A stretch of 32,000 nucleotides of DNA from Candidatus Syntropharchaeum caldarium (GTDB taxonomy: Archaea; Halobacteriota; Syntropharchaeia; Syntropharchaeales; Syntropharchaeaceae), in the NCBI GenBank assembly GCA_001766815.1, contig LYOS01000002.1:354577-386576 (forward strand), given 5' to 3'. This document shows positions 24,804-32,000 of the stretch, in pieces (the stretch's first letter is position 1; each line of letters starts with the position of its first letter). The notes beneath the pieces are model-generated. The model was not told the DNA's origin. It ran no database searches and saw only the letters and a list, made by a program, of their open reading frames with translations. Both the position numbers and the translations under genes were made by a program.

Positions 24804-24864
24804 CCCAAGCCCGCCTTGGGAAAGGATTTAAAAGTTGAAGCAAAACAATAAAACTGGGTACGAT

Positions 24865-25173
24865 ATGATAAAAGATATATCAGTTGATGAAATAAAAAGA
24901 ACTCTTAAAAAATATAAAAGTGAGCTAAAAGAGAAATTCGGAGTTAAAGAGATTGGTGTGTTTGGCTCCTATGTAAGAAGAGAACAGAAAAAAGGCAGTG
25001 ATATTGACATCCTCGTTGAATTTCATCCAGATACTGAGATGGACTTAATAAAATTTGTTGAACTCGAAGAATATCTATCTAAACTATTAGGAATAAAAGT
25101 TGATCTGGTAATGAAATCTGCTCTTAAACCACGGATAGGAAAGCGGATATTGAAAGAGGTAGTTTATATATGA
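24865..25173 (+). CDS. mntA: MNT-type nucleotidyltransferase (antitoxin partner of HepT).
   Basis: It has the motif GVFGSYVRREQKKGSDIDILV and is 102 aa. I prefer the ATG at 24865 over the TTG at 24835. Confidence 0.85.
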   Translation: MIKDISVDEIKRTLKKYKSELKEKFGVKEIGVFGSYVRREQKKGSDIDILVEFHPDTEMDLIKFVELEEYLSKLLGIKVDLVMKSALKPRIGKRILKEVVYI

Positions 25174-25537
25174 AAAGAGAAGCCGGCGACTTTATTGAAG
25201 ATATTATCAATGATCATATCAATGATCAATGCGATGAATAAAGCGTTAAAGTTTGTTGAGGGGATGTCTTATGAAGAGTTTGCCAAAGATGACAAAACCG
25301 TTTTTGCTGTTATTAGAGCTATTGAAATAATCGGAGAGGCTGTAAAAAAATATACCCGAAGATATAAGGAAAGAGTATCCCGAAATTCCCTGGAAGGGGA
25401 TGGCTGGGATGAGAGACAAAGTTATTCACGGGTATTTTGGAGTAGATATCAAAGTTGTGTGGGATACTGTTACAAAGAGAATTCCGGGACTTAAACCACT
25501 GGTTGAGAAGATGTTAGAAGAGCTGGAGGAGAAATAG
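25170..25537 (+). pseudogene. hepT: HepT (DUF86) RNase toxin gene, disrupted twice.
   Basis: An ATGA overlap links it to the MNT stop. An insertion of about 19 nt containing ATCAATGATCA twice (25206-25228) breaks the frame after MKREAGDFIEDII. A 7-A run (25344-25350) shifts the frame again just before IPEDIRKEYPEIPWKGMAGMRDKVIHGYF. The Rx4HxY motif is readable only in the shifted frame. Confidence 0.75.
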
Positions 25538-25540
25538 ATC

Positions 25541-25649
25541 TGACGTTAGGCAGACTCGGGCACTCTGCAGTGCTTCGCACTTGCCTTTCGGGTCATATAA
25601 CAAGCGGAATATCTGGCTTCAGATATCCACCAACCCTTAACTGAAATGC
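25541..25649. repeat. Structured repeat E.
   Basis: It contains GTTAGGC (25545-25551) and the core TTCGGGTCATATAACAAG (25587-25604). A 9-6-8 inverted site GGAATATCT-GGCTTC-AGATATCC lies at 25606-25628. The right end is CCACCAACCCTTAACTGAAATGC. Confidence 0.6.
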
Positions 25650-25716
25650 TGTGCCTGAGAAAGACAAAAAGGATGGGCAAGGAAACTTTATAGCTGGAAA
25701 GGGGTTTAACATAACT

Positions 25717-26412
25717 ATGATAAAGATCATTACCATTTGTTTACCACTACCTTATAAGTTAGGTACCGTAAATTGCTACCTCATAGAAACCGACATCGGC
25801 TATATTCTGATCGACACAGGGTGCTCAAATAAGCGCACCGAGCTTGAAAAAGAACTTGAAAGAGCGGGGTGTAAACCCGGCAATCTCAAACTCATCGTTT
25901 TAACCCATGGAGATTTTGACCACACAGGTAATGCAGCTCATCTCCGTGAAAAGTTCGGTGCAAGGATAGCGATGCATCATGATGATTCGGGAATGAGCGA
26001 ACGTGGAGACATGTTCTGGAACAGAAGAAAAGGCAATATTCTCCTTGGAATGATAGCTCGTATCCTGTTCAGATTTGGCAAAAAGGAAAGATTCAAACCA
26101 GATTTATATATTGATGAGGGATACGATCTCTCTGAATACGGACTCGATGCAAAAGTTCTTCATATTCCAGGCCACTCAAAAGGTTCAATAGGAATCCTGA
26201 CAGCCAATGGCGACCTGTTTTGCGGAGATTTGCTTGAAAATAAAGACAAACCAGTTCTCAGCTCTATTATGGACGACTTAACAACGGCAAATGCCAGTGT
26301 TGAGAAACTGAAAAGATTGGAAATAAAAACTGTTTATCTAGGGCATGGAAAGCCCTTCCCGATGGAACTGTTTATGAAACATCACCGAAAAAGGGATAAA
26401 GAGGAAAATTAA
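25717..26412 (+). CDS. MBL-fold metallo-hydrolase.
   Basis: It has VLTHGDFDHTGN and HIPGHSKGS motifs. The ATG at 25717 gives a typical N-terminus, MIKIITICLPLPY. Confidence 0.8.
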   Translation: MIKIITICLPLPYKLGTVNCYLIETDIGYILIDTGCSNKRTELEKELERAGCKPGNLKLIVLTHGDFDHTGNAAHLREKFGARIAMHHDDSGMSERGDMFWNRRKGNILLGMIARILFRFGKKERFKPDLYIDEGYDLSEYGLDAKVLHIPGHSKGSIGILTANGDLFCGDLLENKDKPVLSSIMDDLTTANASVEKLKRLEIKTVYLGHGKPFPMELFMKHHRKRDKEEN

Positions 26413-27162
26413 ATGTCTCAATTAAAACAAAATCCGCTTATTGGTGTCGAAACTGCAAATTCCAGCTGGAATTGGCTCTACAGAGTCGCAGGAGTGGCTG
26501 CCCTGATCTCATTAGTGATTATCCCGATCCAGGTCATCATCTTCATCGTCTCGCCGCCACCAACCACTGCAATCGGTTGGTTCACCCTGTTTCAAAACAA
26601 TAAGCTCCTGGGGCTCCTGGCTTTTGAACTCTTGATTATTGTCAGCAATGCTCTTGCGATTCCGATATATCTCGCATTCTACGCCGCCCTCAGACGAGTC
26701 AGTGAATCTTTCATGGCCATCGCCACGGTCATCGGCTTGGTGGGGATTGTGGCTTCCTTCGTAGCGAGACCCGCCTTCGAAATGCTTTACCTCAGCGACC
26801 AATACGCGGCTGCCACAACAGATTCGCAATCCATGTTCCTGGCAGCAGGGGAGGTTATGATTGCCATGTCCAAGGGCACTGCTTCTCATTTGAGTTACAT
26901 CTTCGCGGCCTTAGCCCCTCTGATAATCTCGGTTGTCATGCTGCGGAGCAATATCTTCAGCAAGGCAACTGCTTATATTGGAATTCTGGCAAATGTGATT
27001 GCATTGGGCTTTTACGTGCCAGAGATAGGCATCATTTTTGGAATCATTTCTGTCTGCCCGTTTTTGATGATATGGGAGATCCTGATTGCCCGAAGGTTCT
27101 TCCAGTTAGGGCGCGGTATCTCTAAAGAGGAGGCAAATCGGATTGGAGGTATGTCTCGATGA
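26413..27162 (+). CDS. Integral membrane protein (DUF4386-like; low-confidence family call).
   Basis: It is 249 aa with about 6-7 hydrophobic segments. Its start abuts the MBL stop. Confidence 0.6.
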   Translation: MSQLKQNPLIGVETANSSWNWLYRVAGVAALISLVIIPIQVIIFIVSPPPTTAIGWFTLFQNNKLLGLLAFELLIIVSNALAIPIYLAFYAALRRVSESFMAIATVIGLVGIVASFVARPAFEMLYLSDQYAAATTDSQSMFLAAGEVMIAMSKGTASHLSYIFAALAPLIISVVMLRSNIFSKATAYIGILANVIALGFYVPEIGIIFGIISVCPFLMIWEILIARRFFQLGRGISKEEANRIGGMSR

Positions 27163-27641
27163 AAGCATTGGTAATTTACGATTCGGTTTTTGGCAATACA
27201 GAGCAAATAGCCCAAGTGATTGGTAACGCGATGGGTTCCCAAGCAGAGGTCAACATACTTCGTGTGGGTAATGTGAAGCCAGAACATTTGACAGGTTTGG
27301 ACGTGCTCATCGTCGGCTCTCCTACCCGGGGATTCAAACCTACAAAAGCGATTACAAATTTTCTGAAAAGAATTCCAAAAAATGGTCTAAAAGGTGTCAA
27401 GGTAGCTGCATTTGATACCAGGTTTACAATGAGTGCTATAGAAGAATCACGCGTGTTACCATTTTTTGTAAGATTATTTGGCTATGCCGCCAAGCCGATC
27501 TCAGACAGACTCAAGAAAAAAGGGGGAGAATTGATCATCCCTCCTGAAGGGTTCTTTGTAGAAGGGGTAGAAGGTCCACTGAAAGAAGGCGAACTTGAAC
27601 GAGCTGCGGATTGGGCAAAGCAAATCATAGCAACACAATAA
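27159..27641 (+). CDS. Flavodoxin.
   Basis: It has the N-terminal FMN-phosphate loop MKALVIYDSVFGNTEQIA and VGSPTRGF. An ATGA overlap links it to the upstream gene. Confidence 0.8.
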   Translation: MKALVIYDSVFGNTEQIAQVIGNAMGSQAEVNILRVGNVKPEHLTGLDVLIVGSPTRGFKPTKAITNFLKRIPKNGLKGVKVAAFDTRFTMSAIEESRVLPFFVRLFGYAAKPISDRLKKKGGELIIPPEGFFVEGVEGPLKEGELERAADWAKQIIATQ

Positions 27642-27657
27642 ATCGCCCAACAACCGC

Positions 27658-28029
27658 ATGGAGCTGACACTCGAAGATGTTAAAGAAGTCGACCTTGAAA
27701 AGTTAGCGGATTGTTATGCAATGTTGATAGGGTTGCCAAATCATTGGGGTGGGCCTTCTCGAACTATTAGAAAGTTTATTGATAAGCTTGACAAACTTGA
27801 CTTGAAGGCGAAGTGGTTCGCTGTTTTCGATACCTATCTTGGGGGAGATTTCGAGAAGGCTGTGAAGAAAATGGAGAAGAGAATAGGCGAAAAGATTCCT
27901 AGCCTGAAGCTAATAACTTCTGGCTTATCCATAAAGGTTGAGGGAATGAAGAGTCCTGTCATAGAAGAAGAGTATCTCAGGTGCAAGGATTTCGGAAAGA
28001 AAATAGCGAATCAACTTCTGAGGTGTTAA
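27658..28029 (+). CDS. Flavodoxin-like protein lacking the N-terminal FMN-phosphate loop; a truncated paralog.
   Basis: It retains the motif LIGLPNHWGGPSRTIRKFIDKL and the C-terminal flavodoxin pattern, but has no SxxGNT loop. Confidence 0.55.
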   Translation: MELTLEDVKEVDLEKLADCYAMLIGLPNHWGGPSRTIRKFIDKLDKLDLKAKWFAVFDTYLGGDFEKAVKKMEKRIGEKIPSLKLITSGLSIKVEGMKSPVIEEEYLRCKDFGKKIANQLLRC

Positions 28030-28030
28030 A

Positions 28031-28435
28031 ATGGGAATAAAGATATATCTATATGCTCTTGGGATTTGGCTCATATTTGTTGCTGCGGGTATCTTGAACG
28101 GAGTATTTAGGGAGTCATTTATCACACCTAAGATAGGAGAACATACAGGTCACATTATCAGCACAGTCATTCTTATCTGTGTTATCTTAGCGGTGACGTA
28201 TCTATTTATCAGCAATTTGAAAATCAACTACACTAAGACAGACCTGCTTTTGATTGGTATGTTTTGGACTATATTAACCATTTTGTTTGAATTTGGCTTC
28301 GGTCACTATGTTATAGGTCATTCATGGAGTAAGTTATTTGCAGATTACAACATCCTTAAAGGGAGAGTATGGAGTCTTGTATTATTAACTACGTTCATCG
28401 CACCATTGTTAATTGGCTACATTCTGAAGAGGTAG
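28031..28435 (+). CDS. Small membrane protein (134 aa, about 4 TM segments).
   Basis: The ORF is hydrophobic and starts 1 nt after the previous stop. Confidence 0.55.
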   Translation: MGIKIYLYALGIWLIFVAAGILNGVFRESFITPKIGEHTGHIISTVILICVILAVTYLFISNLKINYTKTDLLLIGMFWTILTILFEFGFGHYVIGHSWSKLFADYNILKGRVWSLVLLTTFIAPLLIGYILKR

Positions 28436-28589
28436 GTTTGGAGAATATGAAAGTTAAAAGAGGCGGGTGTTCAATATCGCCTAACAGAACATAAAAGGTA
28501 TACGCTGTGTCTGTGGGCTAACCTAATTTCTGCCTCACAAAAACTGCTTAATATCATGGTCTTTCCAGAGATAAATCATAAAGAAAGTT

Positions 28590-29948
28590 TCACCCCCTCC
28601 TGAACGCTTCCATCGCTTCTCTAAATCTTACAACAGACTCAGGATCTGATGCAAAGTGGAGATGCATGTACGAAGCAAGTGTTCCGCCCTGGATGATCCC
28701 ATCATGTTTGCCATCGATCCCATTTCCCCGTAGCATCCTGTATGCAAACCGCAAATCTTCCGGCGGATCATGAACCGCTGTATAGTGAAACTCATGACCC
28801 AGTACACGCTTTCCTTTTGCAAATAATACTGAGTCGTTTATCGTCTCTGCAACCGTGAACTTGACGTGCCTTCCATTCATACCCGACTCAATCGGCAGGA
28901 AACCAACCCCTCTCGATCCAGCGAGTTTTTTTCCGAGATAAATTAAACCACCACACTCTGCAATTGTCGGGATTCCATCATCAAGCACTCTCTGCAGGTC
29001 TTTAAGCATACTCTCATTTCTTGAAAGCTCTTTTGCGAATACCTCAGGGTAGCCCCCTCCAATATAAAGCCCATCAAGTTGGGGAAGTCTTTTGTCACTC
29101 AGTGGGCTGAAAAATACAGGTTCACAGCCGTTTATGCGCAGAAGGTCGAGCGAATCCTCGTAATAGAAGTTGAAGGCATCGTCGTATGCAACCCCCACCC
29201 TGAAGATACCATCACCAATGCCCTCTTGCCTTAAAAAAACCACAGGGGCTTCCGTCTCTATTTCTGGAGCACTCTCTGCGATCTCAAGGATTCTGTCAAG
29301 ATCTACGTACGTCTCGATAACAGAGCGAATCCCCTCAAGCTCAATTCCTGACTCAACCATCGGAATAAGTCCAAGATGTCTGTCACAGATCTCCATCTCT
29401 TCGGATCTGGGGATTGCACCAATCACACTGACCCCTGCGAGATCCTCGACCGCGGTAACCACCTTCTTTCTGTGCTCCTCGCCGGCGATATTGTTCAGGA
29501 TTACACCTTTTATCATAACCTCACGATCAAAGGATTTAAACCCGTGAACGATCGCTGCGGCGCTCTTTGTAATACTCTTTGCATTCACGATCAGGATTAC
29601 GGGGGCTTTCAGGATCTTTGCAATATGCGCTGTGCTCCCCTCTTCCTGATGTATCGAGATCCCCTCAAATAACCCTCTTACACCTTCGATGATCGATAAA
29701 TCCTTGCTGGTGCTGTTTCGAAAGAAGATCTCTTTTATTGTCGCTGGTGTCATCAGCACACTGTCAATATTTCGAGATGAATGCCCTGTTGCCTTGCGGT
29801 GGTATCCGGGATCGATATAATCAGGTCCGACCTTATAACCCTGGACATCAAAACCACGCCCTGTCAGGGCTGACATCACGCCTGTTGTGATTGTGGTCTT
29901 CCCGACGCCGCTACCCGATCCTGCAAATATGATTCTTGGAAATTTCAT
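28590..29948 (-). CDS. cbiA: Cobyrinic acid / Ni-sirohydrochlorin a,c-diamide synthase family (CbiA/CfbB).
   Basis: It has the P-loop AGSGSGVGKTTIT, KVGPDYIDPGYH, and a C-terminal glutamine amidotransferase domain (ECGGLIYL, HEFHY). Sequence alone cannot separate CbiA from the F430 enzyme CfbB. Confidence 0.8.
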   Translation of the reverse strand: MKFPRIIFAGSGSGVGKTTITTGVMSALTGRGFDVQGYKVGPDYIDPGYHRKATGHSSRNIDSVLMTPATIKEIFFRNSTSKDLSIIEGVRGLFEGISIHQEEGSTAHIAKILKAPVILIVNAKSITKSAAAIVHGFKSFDREVMIKGVILNNIAGEEHRKKVVTAVEDLAGVSVIGAIPRSEEMEICDRHLGLIPMVESGIELEGIRSVIETYVDLDRILEIAESAPEIETEAPVVFLRQEGIGDGIFRVGVAYDDAFNFYYEDSLDLLRINGCEPVFFSPLSDKRLPQLDGLYIGGGYPEVFAKELSRNESMLKDLQRVLDDGIPTIAECGGLIYLGKKLAGSRGVGFLPIESGMNGRHVKFTVAETINDSVLFAKGKRVLGHEFHYTAVHDPPEDLRFAYRMLRGNGIDGKHDGIIQGGTLASYMHLHFASDPESVVRFREAMEAFRRG

Positions 29949-29955
29949 CTGCTTT

Positions 29956-30303
29956 TCAGCCTATATAGGTCAGATCCTCCTTCTTTTCTGCCCCTCCGTC
30001 CTCTGCATCTTTCTGTGCCACGCCAGGCACATTTATGGTACCGAACTTCCGCTCATAGTTCGCAACATTCTCTTTGAACGCCTGTAAGAAGACCTTTGCA
30101 TGATTCGGGCTGAGTTTTATCCTTGTGAGTACCTCGAAAGTTTCCTTCTCAGGTATAAAGACTCCGAAGTCGATCGTAAAGTCATGGAGGCTGTTTGAGA
30201 TCCTTGCAACATTTGAATAGATCCCTTCAAGCTTATCTTCCGATATATTGAACTTAATCGAACTGATATCTGATTTACCCTTTAGTAGTTTATTTCCCAT
30301 CAA
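29956..30303 (-). CDS. DUF3467-like small protein.
   Basis: It shows the pattern DFTIDFG...RIKLSPNHAKVFLQAFKENVANYERKFG. A 4-nt overlap links it to gatD. Confidence 0.6.
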   Translation of the reverse strand: MMGNKLLKGKSDISSIKFNISEDKLEGIYSNVARISNSLHDFTIDFGVFIPEKETFEVLTRIKLSPNHAKVFLQAFKENVANYERKFGTINVPGVAQKDAEDGGAEKKEDLTYIG

Positions 30304-31553
30304 AACCCACCTATAACATCTGTTGAATCTGTGATTTCACCAACTATATTGGTTTTCATCATATCTTTAATCTTATCTGGATCTTTTTCTCGATTCAGAA
30401 GCCACATAAGCTTTATAAGTGCAACTTCAGGAAGCATATCCTCCCCTTCAATTACACCAAGCTTGAGAAGGTCGCGGCCTGTATCATAGACCCTGTCACA
30501 TACCCTGCCATAGAGACACTGTGAGGTCATAACCACGATAACACCAGCATCAATGAGGTGTCCTATCGCATCAAACCAGGTGCTCGATGTATGACCAAGC
30601 CCTGTCCCTTCGATCACAACGCCTCTGTAACCTCGTTCCCTGTAAAAGTCGAGGATTTCTGGGTCTGCACCAGGATAGAACTTGACAAGTGCAACTCGCT
30701 CTTCTAAACCATCATAGAGTGCTAAAGCCACCTCTCCCCGTTTTGTATGTGATTCTTCTATCTCAATTTTGAGGTCTGGATAACTCACCTTTCCTATCGG
30801 ATTTACATTGATCGATCTGAACGCATCCCTGCGTGATGTGTGCATCTTTCGAACCTTGACGCCCCTGTGGATCAAACAAAGATCATCAGAGGTTGAGCCG
30901 TGCATCACACAGACAACCTCTGCAATATCTGAGGTTGCAACCTTCGCGGCGGCAAGCGCATTCATCACATTATCGCTCGATGGTCTGTCTGCACTGCGCT
31001 GTGAGCCCACGAGTACGATCGGAACAGGAGTTCGCACCATGAATGCAAGCGCAGCGGCTGTGAATCCAAGCGTATCTGTTCCATGTGTTATGATGATTCC
31101 TTCTGCACCATCTTTGATCTTCTCATAAACCCGTCTTGCAAGCTCAATCCAGTAAGAAACCTGCATATTCTCGCTCAGGATGTTGTAAACAACCTCTGCA
31201 TCGAAATTTGCGATTTTTTCAAGCTCTGGAATCGCCTGAAGGATCTCACTTGCAGTAAACTGGCTTGTAACCGCACCGGTTCTGTAGTCCACTCTGCATG
31301 CGATCGTACCGCCTGTCGAGAGGATAACAAGATTTGGAAGCGATGAGTCGCGATGATACTCATATTGCTGCGCGTTCTCAGCCTTTTCAACCTCTCGCGA
31401 CTCAAGTATCTTCACCCGGTCCTTCTTAAGACCGATATTATACCCATTTGAAAGCTTGATCACAAGATGATCAGTGGCACCTGGCAGGAGTGTACCTTCA
31501 TAGATTTTTCCTCCACGTTCCAGGCGCACCCATGATCCCTCTTCAATCTTCAT
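30300..31553 (-). CDS. gatD: Glutamyl-tRNA(Gln) amidotransferase subunit D.
   Basis: It has asparaginase-type motifs (ILSTGGTIA, ITHGTDT) after an N-terminal GatD-specific domain. It is 417 aa. Confidence 0.9.
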   Translation of the reverse strand: MKIEEGSWVRLERGGKIYEGTLLPGATDHLVIKLSNGYNIGLKKDRVKILESREVEKAENAQQYEYHRDSSLPNLVILSTGGTIACRVDYRTGAVTSQFTASEILQAIPELEKIANFDAEVVYNILSENMQVSYWIELARRVYEKIKDGAEGIIITHGTDTLGFTAAALAFMVRTPVPIVLVGSQRSADRPSSDNVMNALAAAKVATSDIAEVVCVMHGSTSDDLCLIHRGVKVRKMHTSRRDAFRSINVNPIGKVSYPDLKIEIEESHTKRGEVALALYDGLEERVALVKFYPGADPEILDFYRERGYRGVVIEGTGLGHTSSTWFDAIGHLIDAGVIVVMTSQCLYGRVCDRVYDTGRDLLKLGVIEGEDMLPEVALIKLMWLLNREKDPDKIKDMMKTNIVGEITDSTDVIGGF

Positions 31554-32000
31554 TCTCTGAGTCTCTTCCAGATTTCATCTCCCCTGGTCAATCCTTCATA
31601 TCCTCTTGCCATCATCAGTGCATCTGTTATCGCGATCATGACCATCGCCTCTGCTACAGGGTAGATTCTTGGACAGATCGTGGCATCTCGCCTTGTTATC
31701 GGCGCCAGGGTCGTCTCCTCCATCTTCCTGATATCTACCGTCTTCTGCGGAAGTGAGATCGTTGGTGTGGGTTTCACGGCAATCCTCACAACAATATCCT
31801 CTCCATTTGATATTCCGCCGGAGAAGCCGCCAGAGTTGTTCGTTCTGAACCTCACCCTTCCTTCATCGTCTATGTATGGGAGATCGTTACACTCAGATCC
31901 CTTCATCCGTGCTGCTTCAAAGCCTGCACCAACCTCAACGCCTGTAACCGCACCGATTGACATAAGCCCGTGTGCGATCGTTGCCCTGAGCTTATCAAAT
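31550..32000 (-). CDS. aroC: Chorismate synthase, C-terminal part. The 5' end lies outside the window.
   Basis: It shows NNSGGFSGGISNGEDIVVRIAVKPTPTI and RRDATICPR. The reading frame is open to the window end. Confidence 0.9.
   Translation of the reverse strand, partial: FDKLRATIAHGLMSIGAVTGVEVGAGFEAARMKGSECNDLPYIDDEGRVRFRTNNSGGFSGGISNGEDIVVRIAVKPTPTISLPQKTVDIRKMEETTLAPITRRDATICPRIYPVAEAMVMIAITDALMMARGYEGLTRGDEIWKRLRE

Noticed and set aside
24464-24851. Track ORFs 24464..24799 and 24654..24851 spanning repeat D.
   Set aside because: The first is an out-of-frame shadow of the radical SAM gene that continues into the repeat. The second is a translation of the repeat itself (ASSLRSSPSLRSGHITRAIR). 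Neither has coding features.
3565-25537. Explaining all frameshifts (flippase, hepT) as homopolymer sequencing errors.
   Set aside because: Several 1.7-2 kb core genes (mcrA, the hdrA and hdrA-like genes) are intact although they contain many homopolymers. One hepT lesion is a 19-nt non-homopolymer insertion with an internal direct repeat. Real decay is more likely, but read-level verification is still needed.
21900-25650. A CRISPR array as the explanation for the recurring intergenic repeats.
   Set aside because: The repeats are 110-250 bp long, degenerate, differently oriented, and separated by whole genes of 0.2-2 kb. A CRISPR array would have short identical repeats with uniform spacers of 30-40 bp. 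No cas genes are present.

Overview
The window looks like a chromosomal segment of an anaerobic, alkane- or methane-oxidising archaeon, possibly Syntrophoarchaeum/ANME-like. That taxonomic call is inferred from gene content only. Two parts are distinguishable.

(1) Positions 1-20.7 kb are a dense block of core energy-metabolism genes:
- a thiolase 3' end;
- two tandem paralogous multihaem c-type cytochromes;
- an epimerase and a decayed polysaccharide flippase;
- a highly divergent methyl/alkyl-coenzyme M reductase operon in the order B-A-G, without mcrC or mcrD;
- a KaiC/GvpD-like ATPase followed by two small paralogous proteins, one of them missing from the ORF track;
- a 10-kb, translationally coupled operon metV-metF-hdrA-hdrA'-hdrA'-mvhD(long)-hdrA-mvhD with no hdrBC.

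(2) Positions 20.75-28.5 kb are a visibly more AT-rich accessory island. It opens with a Xer-like tyrosine recombinase, and two dif-like core sites (11-8-11 and 11-6-11) lie directly downstream of that gene. The rest of the island consists of gene modules:
- a zinc-ribbon protein;
- HEAT-HEAT-radical SAM;
- MNT/HepT;
- MBL hydrolase-membrane protein-flavodoxin-flavodoxin fragment-membrane protein.

The modules are separated by GC-richer, hairpin-prone repeats of 110-250 bp. These repeats share a core (TTCGGGTCATATAACA-like), recombinase half-site-like inverted repeats, and a GTTAAGTGAAAT-type boundary that fits the integron R' consensus GTTRRRY. I read this as an integron-like or IMEX-like cassette platform driven by a non-IntI recombinase. 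It is the most novel candidate in the window.

The right flank (28.6-32 kb) returns to housekeeping genes: cbiA/cfbB-like, DUF3467-like, gatD and aroC. I did not recognise any rRNA, tRNA or CRISPR array. Several accessory genes are decayed: the flippase, hepT, and a HEAT gene with an in-frame TAG.
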